A stretch of 64,000 nucleotides of DNA from Podarcis filfolensis (lineage: Eukaryota). Location of the stretch: assembly GCA_964270895.1 (NCBI GenBank), contig OZ185435.1, one strand, 5' to 3'. A model generated the notes under the pieces. It was not told the DNA's origin, made no database searches, and worked only from the letters and a program-made list of their open reading frames with translations. The translations under genes and the position numbers were made by a program. Shown one piece after another: positions 45,506-60,500 of the stretch. Every line of letters begins with the position of its first letter. Within the stretch, counting starts at the first letter, position 1.

Positions 45506-48500
45506 TCAAGCCTCCAGGCTCTGGAAAAGCTCCCTCTGGTTGTCCAGTAGGAATTTGCTGAACGTATTGATAGGATTAATGGCTTTGAGGGTAATGGCTG
45601 CATCTTTGGCCCACAGCAGGTTTGGGCCAAAAACGACAGCCAGGTTAGTGTTGGTCATCTTGTTGATGTCGCTGTTAGCAGAGACCTACGTAGGAGGGAG
45701 GAAGAAAATACTTCATTTTAGAGACAAATATATTTTGATTCTGTCTTCCCTAGCTCCTTACCATCTGCCTCTAGAGAGCTCTAGGCTTATACACAAAGGA
45801 ACATCCAATGGAAAGCATGCATGAAGAGATAACTTGCAGACGAGACACTAAAATGTGGCAGCAATAATTCTTGCTCCTTCACTGGCTGGAAATTTTAGCC
45901 TGAAACTCTTTTCTTCTATTGATTAATGGAAATAAAACCTACTTTTGCACCAACTCCTCCTTTAATCATTTAGGCTTCAAGCTTTCAGAGAGAAGCATTA
46001 ACAGATTACTTAAATGGTGAAACAGATGTTGTAAATCATAGCCTTTTGCGGGGTGTAACAGCAACAACCCCACCCCATTGGCTGTCCCCAGCATCAAGTA
46101 TCCAGATGTACTCTGCTTCTTAACACACAGGCACCATTTAGTTACTATAGTTCGCAAATTCACAAGAGAGAAAAGCCTAATTCACCCTGAAAGCCATTTA
46201 AGCCCATTCCTATCATCGTATCTTGTGGCAGCAAATTTCAGATGTTGCATACTTGCTGTGCAAAGAAATGCTCTGGGACAGCTCACCTGCACAAGGAAGG
46301 ACATCAGTGAACACAGCACTTGGTAATTTTCTTCCGGGAGACTCTGGAGAGTTTTGCGAACAATTTCCACACGCTTTTCTTCCTCTACACCTGGAAAGGA
46401 AAGCAAGTGGGGCATTTATACCAGCAAGCAAAGTCCTAGCTTTCATGTGGAGAAATGGATTGCAGAGGAAAAGCCCTCAAATAGTCATAACATTGGATCC
46501 CAAACGCCTTGCAAGTCAAACGTTTTGGCTCCTGAACGCCACAAACCCGGAAGCGAGTGTTCCGGTTTGTGAATGTTCTTTGGAACCCGAACGTCTGACG
46601 GGGCTTCCACGGCTTCCAATTGGCTGCAGGAGCTTGGAAGTCGAACAGACTTCTGGAACGGATTCCGTTCAACTTCCAAGGTACGACTGTACTAGAATTA
46701 GGACTTCTACTATACTGCCCTGGGAAAGAGTAATGCAGCCAATCTGCTGTAGAGTACAGCACAACTCTGGGTAGAGCATATTTAGAGGAGTTTTCTGCTT
46801 TGGGATCAGGACACTCTCGGTAGCCACTCACTGTAGAAACTGACGACGTCATTGTAGAGACCATAGGTGAGGAGAGGCTCAGGCAGCTCCCGCAAGAAGG
46901 TCTTGAGAATCACAGCCGGCAGGTGCACGTCCTCATATTGCACAAAGTCCACAGGCAGCCCTGGTAAGAAAGTGGATAGGTTCAAAGCCATAACTAGAGC
47001 ACCAGGGCTGAACCCCCTCCACCTGGCAGAATAAGGAACTTATCCAAAGACCAGGAACTAGAGGCAGAAGCATGGCAGGAGCAGGTAAACACACTGTCAA
47101 AAAAAAAAAAAGGATCAGTGGTACTCAATCCTCCTCCAAAGCAGCAATCATTAGGAGCATTGGAAGAATTGCTTCAAAAATACCAGCAACAGGATTCCAG
47201 CAAATATTAGGGAAATGGAGAGACACACACCCCAGAGGATGAAACAGAGGAAACACATTATACATTGATCAAACATAATTGCTGTGGAAGGTTAAGCACC
47301 TCCTTTATCTAGGGGGTATAGGTTTAGACTGGAATAGGTTTATGTCAAAAGGAATAAACTCCTTGGATTCCAGTCAAGTTTCAAACAGAGATCTATTCAG
47401 AAGTTAAAGCACGTTGTGGGAGGGCACAAGTCCAAAGTGCTAAGGGCAGATTTGGGGCCTAGACAAAAAGAATGGTGGAAAGGGGCAGTTGAGTAGCTTA
47501 AGCAGACTTCTGGAACCTAATGCAGGCACTTACCCATATTATATTTCTGCTGAACTTCTCTGACCGTCTGGGTGTTTGCTGATCGTCGGAAAATCCCCTC
47601 TGTGTTAAGAGCTGGGGACAAAGAGAAACAGAAGAGCACAGTCTCAGGGAAGACCTACCACACATAACAGGAAGTCTTTCCAATATCACAGGACAAGGAC
47701 ATCCTGAAAGCCACATGCACAGGGACACTTGCATGGGAACAGCTATGCAGAAGGCACTTGGGGAATTAGGTTAGTAGAATCCCTCAGCTCCCTAGTGTTC
47801 AATTTTGCTGTGTCTTTCTGAAGACCAGAATCAAATGACAAGAAAGATAGTAAGATGGGCAGTGGAAAAAGAATGAGTCTGTGCTAAGGCATCTTAAAAA
47901 GGCTAGGCTGATGCAACAGAAGGGTGCTGTTGGGAGACAAAGGACAGTGGATGTAGCAACAAGACAAGTCAGAAGAGGGTTCTTCCTAGCTCACTCACCA
48001 TGCTGCTGCAGATAGGCAATGGTCTCCCTTACCACAAGTGGAATGGGATTCTGATCCAAGCTCTTCTCCCGTAAGCTGTTGAGAAAGGAGAAGCTTAGAC
48101 TCTTCCTGTCACTTCCCCCAAAGAAACATCTTTGAATCAGACATAATATCCAGTGTATCACTGGCCCTGATCTAGAAAGCTCAAGGCTGGCAAAAGTCAA
48201 GCTAACCACAGGTGCCGATTCAAGATGATTGGAAAGCATTTCCAGAACTACCCACAGATAGACTATAGGTATCACTGGTCCACCAAGAAAAGAAAAAAGG
48301 TGAGGATACTCACTGCTGGAGAGAAACTCCAAACTGTTGGTTTGGCAGAGGTGGGCGTGGTGGGGTTACTTTCTGAGGCACTTGGGAGGGCTTCTGCAGG
48401 GATCTCAGATATTCATCATACCTACAGTGAGAGACAGACACAAACATGTATGTATGGAATCATTCTAAACTACACCAAAAAGTGCTAAGCTGGTGTCCAG

Positions 48501-51500
48501 TGTTCCATTATCCTGTAAACACAAGCCCAGAGGCCCTGGCACTACGCTAGTTACAAGCTACTTCTTGTAAGTAGTACTTACAAGCTACTTCTGCTACATC
48601 AGTTGCGAGGATCCTTTTTTAGCCCGAAGCCACACTCCCTCTTGGGAAACCTTCTGAGGGTCACATGACAATAAAGAGCAAGCCATGCAGAGGAGAGAGC
48701 CATCTCAGCAGCTCACAACATCATACTGTATGTGCCGAGAAGTCAGACTCCCAGTGTCCCTTCGCCACCCCACTCCCTCTCTGCTCACCCTGTTCTCCTC
48801 CCTCTTACAGCCTCCTCTACAGAAACAAAAGGTAAGCTAGTAGGCAAAGTGGATAATGATGATGATGTTGATAATAATAATAACAACAGGTATAAAAGCA
48901 TAATGAAACATCAAACAGTAACAATCTAATCCAATATAAAAAGTCACAATAACTTTAAAACAAACAACTTATGTCAAACAAAGCAACATTAAACAATCCA
49001 TCAGAATCTAATAGTAAACAGTAAAATTAAACACCAGCAAATAATTAAACATGCTCTCACTTTAGCACCTGGCTTGGGATACCCAGCTGCTCCAGTTTCA
49101 CATGCTCCTCCAGGTCACTCAGGTAGTTTGCATAGAAAATCTTCCGTCCAAACTTAAAGCTGCAAGACAGGTGACAAACCAGTAAGAAAGAAATTAGGGT
49201 ACAGAGTAGCAGCACTAGTACATCTGTGGGTGGCTTGTGAGATGAGATGAAGAGGTAAAAATGGTACCGAGAACTGTGAGGCAATGCTTGTGTACCAGTT
49301 GCACCACTCTGCAGTTCCCCAACACATAGGCAGGGATTTGTCCATTACTGAAATACCCCAGCTAGGCCTGACAATGTGCTAAAAGGTACTTCTCTGGTGC
49401 CTCAACCTGGGGATTTTGCTGACAATACATGTTATGTCCTTTGTTATTTCCTCCTCATTCTCTGGCAGAGGCCAGGAAATATCTGAAGCAAGTCTGGGCT
49501 ATTAGCCAACTAAAGGACAACAATGCAAGCAGGGGCCTCCATGTCAGGGTCAGTCACTCAGCATAAGTCAGAAACAAAGTTTATCAAACCTAATTCTTCA
49601 GTTAGACAGAAAAGAGGAAGCAACAAGCTCCAGTGAAGTACTAATCTGCAGGACAATTTCCACACTCTCAGATAGAGATCAAGAGTATGCAGGAACATGA
49701 TACCCACTTTCCTCTGACCTCATAGGACTATATAATGCAATTCAAGGCACATACTGAAAGCTTTGGACAGAAAATGGAGGGGATCTTGCAACTATGACAG
49801 GAAATAGCTGACATCAGTGAGCAACAGCTGTCTAAAAATGATATGGAATATACAAGATGAGCCATCTATGCATATCCTTGCAATGAACAAACACTCTAGG
49901 AGCCCCACATTATAGAAATTATAGCTTATAGAAATTAGAGCAAATATTTTGTGTACTGACAAGCCACGGAAATGCAAAGTGGGGATCTGAACCTGCAACT
50001 GTGAGTCACTTTCTCTCTCTCTCTCAATCTAATCTATCTCATAGAGTTGTTACGAGGATAAAACTGTGGGTAACAATGCATGCTACCCTCAAGCTTCATG
50101 GAGGAAGGACATGGATAAAAATGTAAAATTAAGGTGTTATCAGATGCCGTCATCACAGTAAGTGTTTACAAATACACAAGTTACCAGCAACCTACATAAC
50201 AAAAAAGTCTCAGGATTCTGATGATAAAACCCCACTTGGCTCCTGAGGAAGCCACTCCTCCTCGTACCAAAGCGAGTTCCACCACAGAGCAAAGTACCTT
50301 TGCACTTTCCTACCTGATCAAGGGCTTGAAGAGAATCAGCAGTGTCTTGATGAACATCGTTGGGTGCACAATGTACAATGCTTTGATGTTCTTCTTGTAT
50401 CTAATAATGAGAGAAAGATGAGAAGCCAAGCCAACCCCTTTCACCCAAAAAAGTTCCCACACAGCAATTTGACCCTTGCAAAATCCACAGCCACGCATAC
50501 TTACTTGCGGTCAAATTCCCGGTAGGCATCCCGCAGCCAGCTCAGGGATGGCTTGTTCTCACTGGTCAGGCCATGGTGCAAATAGACTAAGGTGTAATCA
50601 CTCTCAACATACTGGTCCAACGTATACTTCAAATAGCTGAGGAGAGATGGACATACCTAAGCTCCAGAGTTTTTTAAAAATATGCATTTGCTTCTTTGCC
50701 TCCTGCAGTCACAGCATAAGGAAAGTAATATAGGTAATACAGGCACAGAGGTAGCGAATATACAGCCAGAGGGTGGGGTCAGATTGATGAAGGGCACTCC
50801 TAAACAAGTGCTTAAAGAATTTTGACTTATATCTTAGTTAGGGGTTAATTGGTACCCAAATTCATGTAGTCAAAATCATTACAGATTTGAATGATCAGGG
50901 GAAAGTCTCAGGTCTAATCTTCACCAAAGCAGGTGGTTCGCTCCAGCAGCACTCACCTCAGCAGTTTCACATGATCAAGCTGATAGCTGGGAGGCATCCG
51001 GCAGGCACTGAACAGAATTACTTTCCGCCCATACTTGTCGTCACCTGAGGACAAAAAATGCCACACATCACAGCAGGTTGAAAGACAAAGCATGAAGACA
51101 CCACAATAGGTAAATAATGGAGCACTGCTTGTGGAGTACTCAACTATTCCAAGGTGATGCTAGTGGAAAGTTCAAAGGCTCTGCTTTGTCAAAAAAGTTA
51201 ACAATGCAACATGAAACTTCACCAGTATGGGGAGAAGGCTGCATTTTGAGAGGACCCAAGGGTGAGAAGTGGAATAGAGCAAGGCATGATGAAAAGAAAT
51301 TATGAGGGGCACATACTCTTGGATCACGAGCAGACAATTTGAAATGATTCTCAAGCAGGAAACAGCCTAAAATACCCCCAGAGGAGCAGAGTATCCACAG
51401 GGTTATTCTAGTAAGCATTGCTGAGGTTTGCGATTCCAAGGTGGAGAGGGGAGGAAAGACAACACTTCCCCCACAAACATTCAGAGAAAAGGTCACGGAT

Positions 51501-54500
51501 CCTTTACAAAGTATTGGCCTTGTCCATCATTTTCCCCCAGTGTATCCACAGTTCCATACCACCTGCTGTCCCTGTAGATGAGGAAAAAACTAGAACACAA
51601 GCAAAATCAAGAACTGCACAATGACGAATTGGCCTGAAACACTATGGATCAGAAAGCAAATCAGCAGTGAGAAGAAGCCACCAGCACACTGCAGAAGCAC
51701 AAGATTTTGTGCTATCAGCCTGGAACAAATACTCTGTAAAATAATCTTTAACTTCTTCCCCAGTCCCAAATGAGGCAGATGACCTAGTAAGTCTGCTTCA
51801 GCAGTGTTACAAACTAGGCCTGGGGGTGATATATAGCTCTTGTCACATGAAAGTCCAATAAATGCCTTACCATGGGTTTTTTCTGGTTATTTCATGACAG
51901 TGAAATTACCACAGTAAAAGCCTTTGCAATAATCTATGGCTAAGAGCAGTAATAATGACTTATCAGTAGAACAACGCATAAACACAGGTTTTGCCTCTCT
52001 GTCTACTTACAATGAGCGGAGCTAAAAGCATTTGATAAGTAAGACAAAATTGTAGAAGGAAGCGGGTCATATTAATGAATGGCCATTAAATGCTCTGGTT
52101 GATCATGGACTTCTCACTAGAAGTTACCTCATCAGCAGCTGGTTGCATTTGACAATGTTAGCTCTATTCTATGAACATTCATGCTACAATAAATTTTGGT
52201 CTGAATCACCCTCTCTCAGGATCAATCTGTTCACACACACAAACCTGTACCCACGAGGAAGAAATTGTGTACCAATGACCATCTCCTATGTGTGCAAAGG
52301 TACACATTTCTGCATACAAGGAGAGATTAGATTGTGCCACAAAGCTCTTTGGGGCTTTCACTATCATAACAGTGAAGATGTTAAAAATATACACCTTCCA
52401 TGCTGCTAAGTCAGCCACCATCATTTATTACCTTTACCTCACATTTATTACCACCACCAGCCCACTTTATACTTAATCCAGGCTCAGAAGGGAATAGAAT
52501 TTTGTTTTTTAAAAAGTAAAATAAAATAAGGAAGATGGCCTCAGGATTCTGTGAGTTCTACATACTCAAAAGAACAAAAAGCATGAAGTCTGTTCAGTAC
52601 ACATACTGGATGGCAAATGAAACTCATTCATGGGTGATACAGATTTATTTAATTTAGAAGGCAACCCTTTGGTCTTCCCTCTACCCTCAACTGTCACTTA
52701 GCAGCAACCATTCCATTAAGTTACAAATGAGGGAGATGGAAAGCAGGAGCATTCCATAAACTCTAAGGAACTAGCTCCTTTTGGCTCTTCTTCTCCCTGG
52801 ACCCTTGCTATCCCAGTTGGTCTTCATAATAGCTTTGTAACTTTACAATCTGGTGCCAGACTTTACATGTTTTCCTCTTCCTTCCTTATCACTTTCTCTC
52901 CCTTTCTCTGTGTTTTTAAGAAAGTAAGCAGGGACAGTCTTGTTTTTATTGATCTCTAGGATAAGCTGCTCTAGTAGCTTTTTTTTTTTTTACTAAAAAG
53001 CAAGGTAGAAAAGCTTTAAATATACCAACTACAACCCATGATCCAAACAAATCAAATGCCTTCATGAGAGGGAAGTAACTAAAAGTCATGGATACATCTT
53101 TCAGTGTTTTACTTCACAGAGCAGAGAAAGTAGGAGTGGCAGTCTCTAGTATGTTGTATATACACAAAAGGAATGACAATCTGCACATCACAGGAACAGA
53201 AAGAGTCAATTAAGCTATGTATCTAGTATGCTACTCTACCCACCTAAAACCCTAACCATAATAAGAGATTTCCCTTCATCCTGCCTATTTTCCTCTTCTC
53301 ATTTGACTTCCTTCAACACATAAACAGAAATTATGTAGCTATAAAACTTACTCCACCCCCCCAAAAAAATATGCAAACAGCTGCAGCACGGGAAGTCAAG
53401 GACATGCTTAAGGTAGAGGGGGAGCACCAGGTAAATGCCATGGGGATGCAAGGATGATATACCATCACATGAACACATGTGAAGCATGCGAAGGTAGAAG
53501 ACATTGCAGGACAACATGGCACCCACCAGAGACAGAAAAAAAAGAAGAGCAATGCAGAGGTCATCTGGAACAACCGTACAAAACTACAGCCAGATCACAA
53601 GACCAATGTCCAACAGTTTATCCCACGGTTGCCCAAAAATAGAGTACCTAACCAAGGGACTTCCAAACAGCTTCCCATATATTCAATGGCCACAAACTGT
53701 GTGTACGCACATCCAGTGTACACACTGGAGTAGATTGCAGATGCTCCTGGCAGTACATTGAATGGTGCCACAATCTTGTGACCAATGTAATAAAATGGTG
53801 CTCCTATGAGATATTTTGCAGCCTTGCACCCCTTTTTGATGAGAACAAAAATAATTCCCGGTACGCATGATGGTGCAATATATCATGAAAAGAAACCCTA
53901 TTAGGTTGGAAGAAGAAATGCTCCTGCCCAAAGAAATCTGAGTGGCAAGACCTGAATGGTAGTATCTGTTGACTCTGCAAACCACAGCTGTTCTATTAAG
54001 AAATGGAGAATCTTCCTTTGACAAAGAGGTAGTTTCAGACAATGTGAATTTCTGTAATGGGAAATGGGAAAAGAACCTGAATAGATTTATAACTCAGGTG
54101 TGGAATTATAGTAGTCACTTTCACCAATGCAACATTTTATGATAATTAGTCCTGTGCAGATGTTTATGAGAAATTGATTTTTAAAACTTGGCAGTGTATA
54201 AATAGAACACAATGCAAGATCAAACTATACTGACATCTACTGCTTTAGAGCAGCATTTTCCAACTGGTGGGTCAGAAAACAACATCAGGCAGATGGGGTA
54301 TTTCCGATGGATCTTCAAATTGCCAGCTGTAAGTGTCAAGAGAAAGGAACACATATAACTATGGTTCCACTTCAAGGTCTTAAAGTTGGAAGACTACAAC
54401 TTCAGGTCCAACCTAGCTCCTCAGGACCTGGACAATTAAAAGCCAGTTTATGGTTACACTTGCCCCACTAGCTTCTGGTTACCTGAAGTAAGTATCCCAT

Positions 54501-57500
54501 ATGCAATCTCAAATCAAGTGATGAAGCCTCTTAATAGTCACTGATTCTTTCTAGCTCATCTCCTGATTGTTCTGTTTGTTTTTCATAGACTAAACAAGGC
54601 TTATTTCTATAGGCTTCTACTTCTAGACCAAGCGCTAGTCAAGGTAGCATAACATTCAATTAAATGCAAATATGCACCCTAACACTATTCTTGTATGACA
54701 CAACTAGATAGAGTCCCATCAGTCCATGCAGGGAGCATTCAGCATGCACCCAACAGTAAGCAATTATTCAACTGCCTTTGTCCCAAACGGGTTTGCTGTA
54801 ATTATCATAAAAGCTCCTGCTTAAATCTGAAATAAAGCCCCTGCTGGTGTTGAACCGTGAAAACATTGTATGCATTAGAAATTGCACTGCACAATTGTGC
54901 TGTGTGGCCCTGTTGTTACCAGGTACAGCTGCAAAGCTAACAATGACAACAACTTCTACAAGACTATCTTCAAATAAACTAAAGCACTTCCATGTTGTGC
55001 ATTATCTAGAAAAATGTCCAGGCCATTTGAAATTTGAGCAACAAGTCCAAAGTGTGATAAACTTCAGGAACACATGTGTCAAGTTTCTATGCAAATCAAA
55101 TGAGAAAAGATTTTTTTTTATTACCTGATTAATGCCTCCGGTGTGGAATTACAGTACTCATCTGCACAAGGCAGCCCATTTAATTAGAAATATTCTGCTA
55201 TTGCAGTAAAAAGTGTAAAATACCCGAGGTTATAACACAGCACCATTTTATAATTCACACAGACACACACATACACACTGACATTCTCCCCATCTAGGAA
55301 AACATGTCCACGTCACATTGTTGGACGTGCAGCAGTTCTTTTATTCCTCTGAGAATACTCTGGTTAACAACCGCACTTCCCATAGCAGGGATTCTTTCCA
55401 TCTTGCGGGGGAGGGAATACATCTAAATTAACCTAAGTGAGTAAGGAAACAACAGATTGTTTAAAAAGCCTCAGAGAAGTTCTCAGAATGCAGAATGTGG
55501 AGAACTGCATGTTACAAATAACACAGTGAGTTGTCACATCTCTTGATTAAACAGGAAGTCTACGGCTGCTCCTTTTCCTGCACTAGCAACTTGATGACAC
55601 GGCCCTTAAAGTGATCAGGAAAATGGCTTGAGACATAATGCAGGCAAAGAAATGAAAGCAATCGTGGTATAGTTAAGAGCTAGCACCTCTTTGTCTAGGG
55701 TATTTATATTTCTGAAGGTACAAAAGCATTATAAAAAATACAAAAGCGGAAACAGTCTTGTCATCATAAACAAGGCTGAAAAATTTCAGGGTTCTTGGCA
55801 GTTCAAGGTGCTTCCCCTACACCACTTCTGTGATCAAAGTGACCTTCATGGAGCTTCTAGATATATGCAGAGATGCCCGAGGAAGCCAAAAGTCAATGGC
55901 TACATTTAGAGATGGAGAACCGGGGCATTTTTCAGCCACTCAGCCACTCATTTTTCAGCAACTCAGTTCTAGCACCTCTCAGGTTGCCATCATAAGAGAA
56001 CAAGGGAGGTGTTCATGATGAGTTCTGGCACCTCTTTTTCTAGAAAAATAGTACAGTACAGAACTGACACTAGTCAGTGTTTCAAAGTAACCATCTACTT
56101 GCTTCTAAATTGGTGGAGAAATGATTAGCAAAGAATCAGAGACATGATCTGCAGATACAGCAGGCCAGTGACCACTTGCAAGAAGAGATGATGAAGAATG
56201 GAAGACCTACTACGGAATAAACAGAGAATGGCAGGCAAATGTACTTGCATAGGTTGTTCCGCAAACAATGGGTTCAGCCTACTGCTGGGTCACAGGGGAT
56301 AAAGAAGGCCAAGTTCTGCCAAAGATTTGTGTCTGAATGATGCCATAGTGGGAATAAAGCAACAACAGCTCCATCCTGCATAGATTCCAAATAAGATAAA
56401 TCACACATCACTGTCATGCAATATCCTGCAAACTCTTAGCTGCAGAAGAAATCACCCGCAAAAGATTTCCGATTGGGAAAGTTAGCAGTAATGACTGCCT
56501 GGGAGACATGTCCTGATGGATAGTACACCCATCACCATTCAAGAAAAAAAGAAGGCAGGCTGAAGCATCAAATGAGAACTGCGGCACCCAAAGTGAAGAC
56601 CGCAAGCTGAAGTCCACACAGAGCTCTGCCAGGGAATTTCCAAGCCACATATCCAGTTTGGAAAGCTACCAAGATGGCTATACCACCAGCTTAGAGAAGC
56701 ATGGCTGCAATCTACTTGACATAATGCACATCAAGTACAACTTTGAGGTTCTGGGATGCCACCCTCAGCTTTGCAGAATTTGGGCTCCCCTGAGATAACC
56801 CAGCCACAGGCCACAGTCATGCTAAAGAATGCCACATTCTTTAAATGCCAATGACACCAGGTATTCCACCTACCTGGCTGGACCCCATGAAGTGCACCCT
56901 GCCCTGGAGGAACAGAAACAAAGTTACATTATACCATAATAACCAAAGTCCTTTAACCAGAATAATCTTAAGGACTGAGCTGAAAGGGCTGGACAGAAAA
57001 GTTCCAACACACACACACAGTTGCATACACTCACAACTACAACAAGCTCAAAAACATGATTACCTAGTTGTTAACTAGATAAATCTAGAAGTTAATTTTT
57101 CCCCCTCCTCCCTTTCTAGACTCTGCTACAATCTGGATGAACTATTGCTTTTTTATATGTCAGGTTTCCCATACAAGGTATGCATGAAAAGGTAAACAAT
57201 AGCTTTTTCATACTACCAGACATTTAAACAACAGGATATTGCTAATACTGAAAAGTCAGTGAACCCATTTTCAGTTACAAAAATGAATGTTCCCATGTCC
57301 ATTTCAAGGTCCTTAATATTGGTCCTGATATATAGAAAATAGAAAATAGAATGCTCTGGGATTTAAGAACTCAGAACCACCACCTGTTCCACTCCTCTTT
57401 CACACAAGTTTTGAGACCCAAGAGTAGCCAGTCACAGGGGAGTTTAAGAAATAACTTCAGTTCCTAACACTTCTGGGATCAAGGACTGCTTCTTGCTCGG

Positions 57501-60500
57501 CAGAACTAAAAAAAACAAAACAATAATTCAGGAAATCAAATCCCTCATTACTTGGTCAATACCTCTGAAAAGCCAGCAAACATACACAGGCAGAAGCAGG
57601 AAGAGAAGTTCCTGTAGATTACAGGAAAGTAAGCATGCTCCATTTGAGGCAAAAGGATGTACATCGCCAAAGGACAGCCCTAGGCCAGATCCTAGAGCAA
57701 TGATGCTGAACCTGGGTCCTTCAGATGTTGTTGGGACTACAACTCCAATCATCCCTGACCATTGGCCATGCTGGCCAGGACTGATGGGTGATGTAGACCA
57801 ACAACATTTCGAGGGCCACAGGTTCCCTATCCTTTACCTGGAGTGTCCCAAAGTCCCACTACAACACATAGACGCATGCTTAACGGCAGTCTCCCAGTTT
57901 TAAAAATGCTGCTGCAAGAACACAGAAAGAAAGCCTTAAGAGGTTTTCCCCAAATCAATCACTGGAGTACAGCATGATAATTGCTCATCAGACACTGAAA
58001 TAATTGAATTAAAAAGTATTAACAATCATTTCCAATAATTCAGCCTAAAGCAGAATCAAACAAAGAAAGGAAACCAAAAGATTTACTAATCAATGCTCCC
58101 CATCACAAGTTATTCCAGCAACTTTCATACTTCTAGACTCCAGAGAACCCCAGAATTGTCAAGGCATATCAAGGTCCCCAAGGCCACAGTAATAAAAGAT
58201 AGGCGTCCCAAAGGTTAAATTCAGAATAGCCTATGGCATGTAATCTGGATGATCACTTGGGATAAGGACATGGCATTTCCATTGTCTTTGAAACCAAAGT
58301 TACAACACTGCCTAGTATCAGAAATGACCACATTTCCCCAAAGTTCAGGTTGCGTCTCTGCCTCAGACAACCATCCCTAGTTCAACAAGGAAGTTGCATA
58401 TCTACCTAGACTAGCCTAATATTTAGCTACAGCTACAACTCCCATCATTTGTGACCACAGGCATTGTTGGCTGTGGTGGGAGTCCAACAACATCTGAAAG
58501 GGCACAAGTTAGAGGATTAAAAAGAGCCTCCTGCTTCCATTGTGCAAGCTATCAATCAGTAGCAGCAGTGGTTCAGGTTGTCACCTGGAGATAGAAGAAA
58601 CAAAATCAGCCTTGAAATGCCTTCAAGACACTGATAGCTGCCAATAGATACAGCATCTAGTCAAACTATTTCTTTGCAGTCATTTTGTTTAGTTGTGCTT
58701 TTTTAATTTTTTTGGCAAAAGGTGGACAAATTAACTTTTCCTAATTAGGACAAGAACTCTGAACAGGGAATTTCAGTAAATGGAGGCTATTGGCAGTATA
58801 TACAATCCCACACAACCCTTGCCGATGTGCCTCTGTTGTAAGTATAGTATTAAAGAGCCTACACATTTATGTGTATTTAAAGCTTTTACTTTCTGAGATG
58901 ATTCTCTAAATATTGAGTATACTAGTGGTGCTAGAAATGCATCTATGCAATCCACATTTTAAATATATATAGCTATTAGTTAAATTCCAGCTTGCTCTTC
59001 ACTCACACTGCAACTCCACCCACAAGCCTAATTGGCACTGAAAATTCACAGAACCATGTTGAGAGCTAAGGGAGCCCACAGTGAAGAGATTTTTTCCATC
59101 ATTCAGGATGTCAGAAGCCAACACAGTGCTAACGCTCTGGGTGATAGATGTTAGAGGAATCTAAGGCATGTGGTTGCCAGTTAAAAAAATATTAAGTGAA
59201 ATGAATCTTCAGTAATACATAGTCCTACAGGGGAAAGCACTTCAAAATACATCTATACGAACAAAGAAATAACTAATGTTATCAATAGTGGAAAAGGATA
59301 TGTCAGTTGTTAGGGAATTCTTTATTTATCAAAGTATATGAATGTGCAATACTGCCAGAGTTGGGCATGATGTTAGTGAAACTCATTCAATTGGCTGAAA
59401 TCCTGGAATGTCAGCAATAGAGCTATTATTATACATTTGAATACAATGCGTATCAGAAAATATCTTGTTTGAACTCATCTAGTCACTTAACACTGGGGAT
59501 CTTTGTTTGATTAAATTGTTTAATGTCAATTCACCATCCCAGGGAATAGAAAGATATCCTCAATGTATCTGCAATGGGAGGAGAGAACTATCCCATCCTG
59601 AGGACTTCTCAGGTCACACACTGAAAATCAAAACTAAATTCAAAAACTGTTAAGATGTGTTTTGTCTCAGAGGAAATAACCATTCCTTGAACTATCCTGA
59701 GCAGCCAGAATGTCTGGAGGAGAGAAACTCCAGAGAATTCAGTAATTTTAGAGCCCAAAACAAACATTGCTACCAAGAAGGGAGGAGATGAACTCCACGC
59801 AGATGTTAGTAAAGTGTAAGTAAAAGCATAAGTAAAAGCTAAGCACAGCTCCTACTTCTTCCAGATCATTTGCCATTTCAATTTCTTCCCTTTTCTAACG
59901 ATCAATTGCTTGCTATAAATTAACCAGTCTTCACTTCTATATTGCAGTGGTTGGCAGTAGCTATCAGTGTGCATAAGGAATAATGGTCTGTATAGCCAAG
60001 AGGATGTACTGTTGCAATACCTGGCATAATGGTCAATAGCAAAAGCTGGTGATAAATAAACTCCCAGCATTTATTCCTGCCTCCAGTTTCTGAACAGCAC
60101 TGCCAGCAATCTGCCAGCAATCATTTACACAGCAAATTTCCTCTTTGCAGGAAACCAAGTTTGCTAAAATCAGTAACTGAACTGCAGACAATGTATGTGA
60201 AGCAGCCATACAGGACAACCCAGGAATGTCAGTGAAATGTAAGGAAAAAAGAAAAAAGAAAAATACGGAAGGCAAATGGGTCACACATCAGCAATTAGTA
60301 AAAGAAGATCAAGGCCAATTAAGGTTAAGATCTTATGAAGAACTTGGCCAATATTGTAATACATGGCTACAATATTATCAAATTGATCACCTATTCAGGC
60401 AGGATAAGATTATTGGATTTGGCAAAGAAGAATCAAAACTACAAACAGTGTTATTAAAAAATCCTAAAAAGATATTATCTAAAATGTATAATCTATTATT

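Noticed and set aside
46223-46864. 183-aa (+) and 142-aa (-) ORFs
   Set aside because: They are composites of ARHGAP1 exon sequence (antisense or off-frame) and a Tigger-like MITE.
51140-51571. Possible alternative ARHGAP1 exon (good acceptor at 51572) and 118-aa ORF
   Set aside because: The incoming phase-1 frame hits TAA after about 22 codons, there is no convincing donor, and the peptide has no recognisable similarity.
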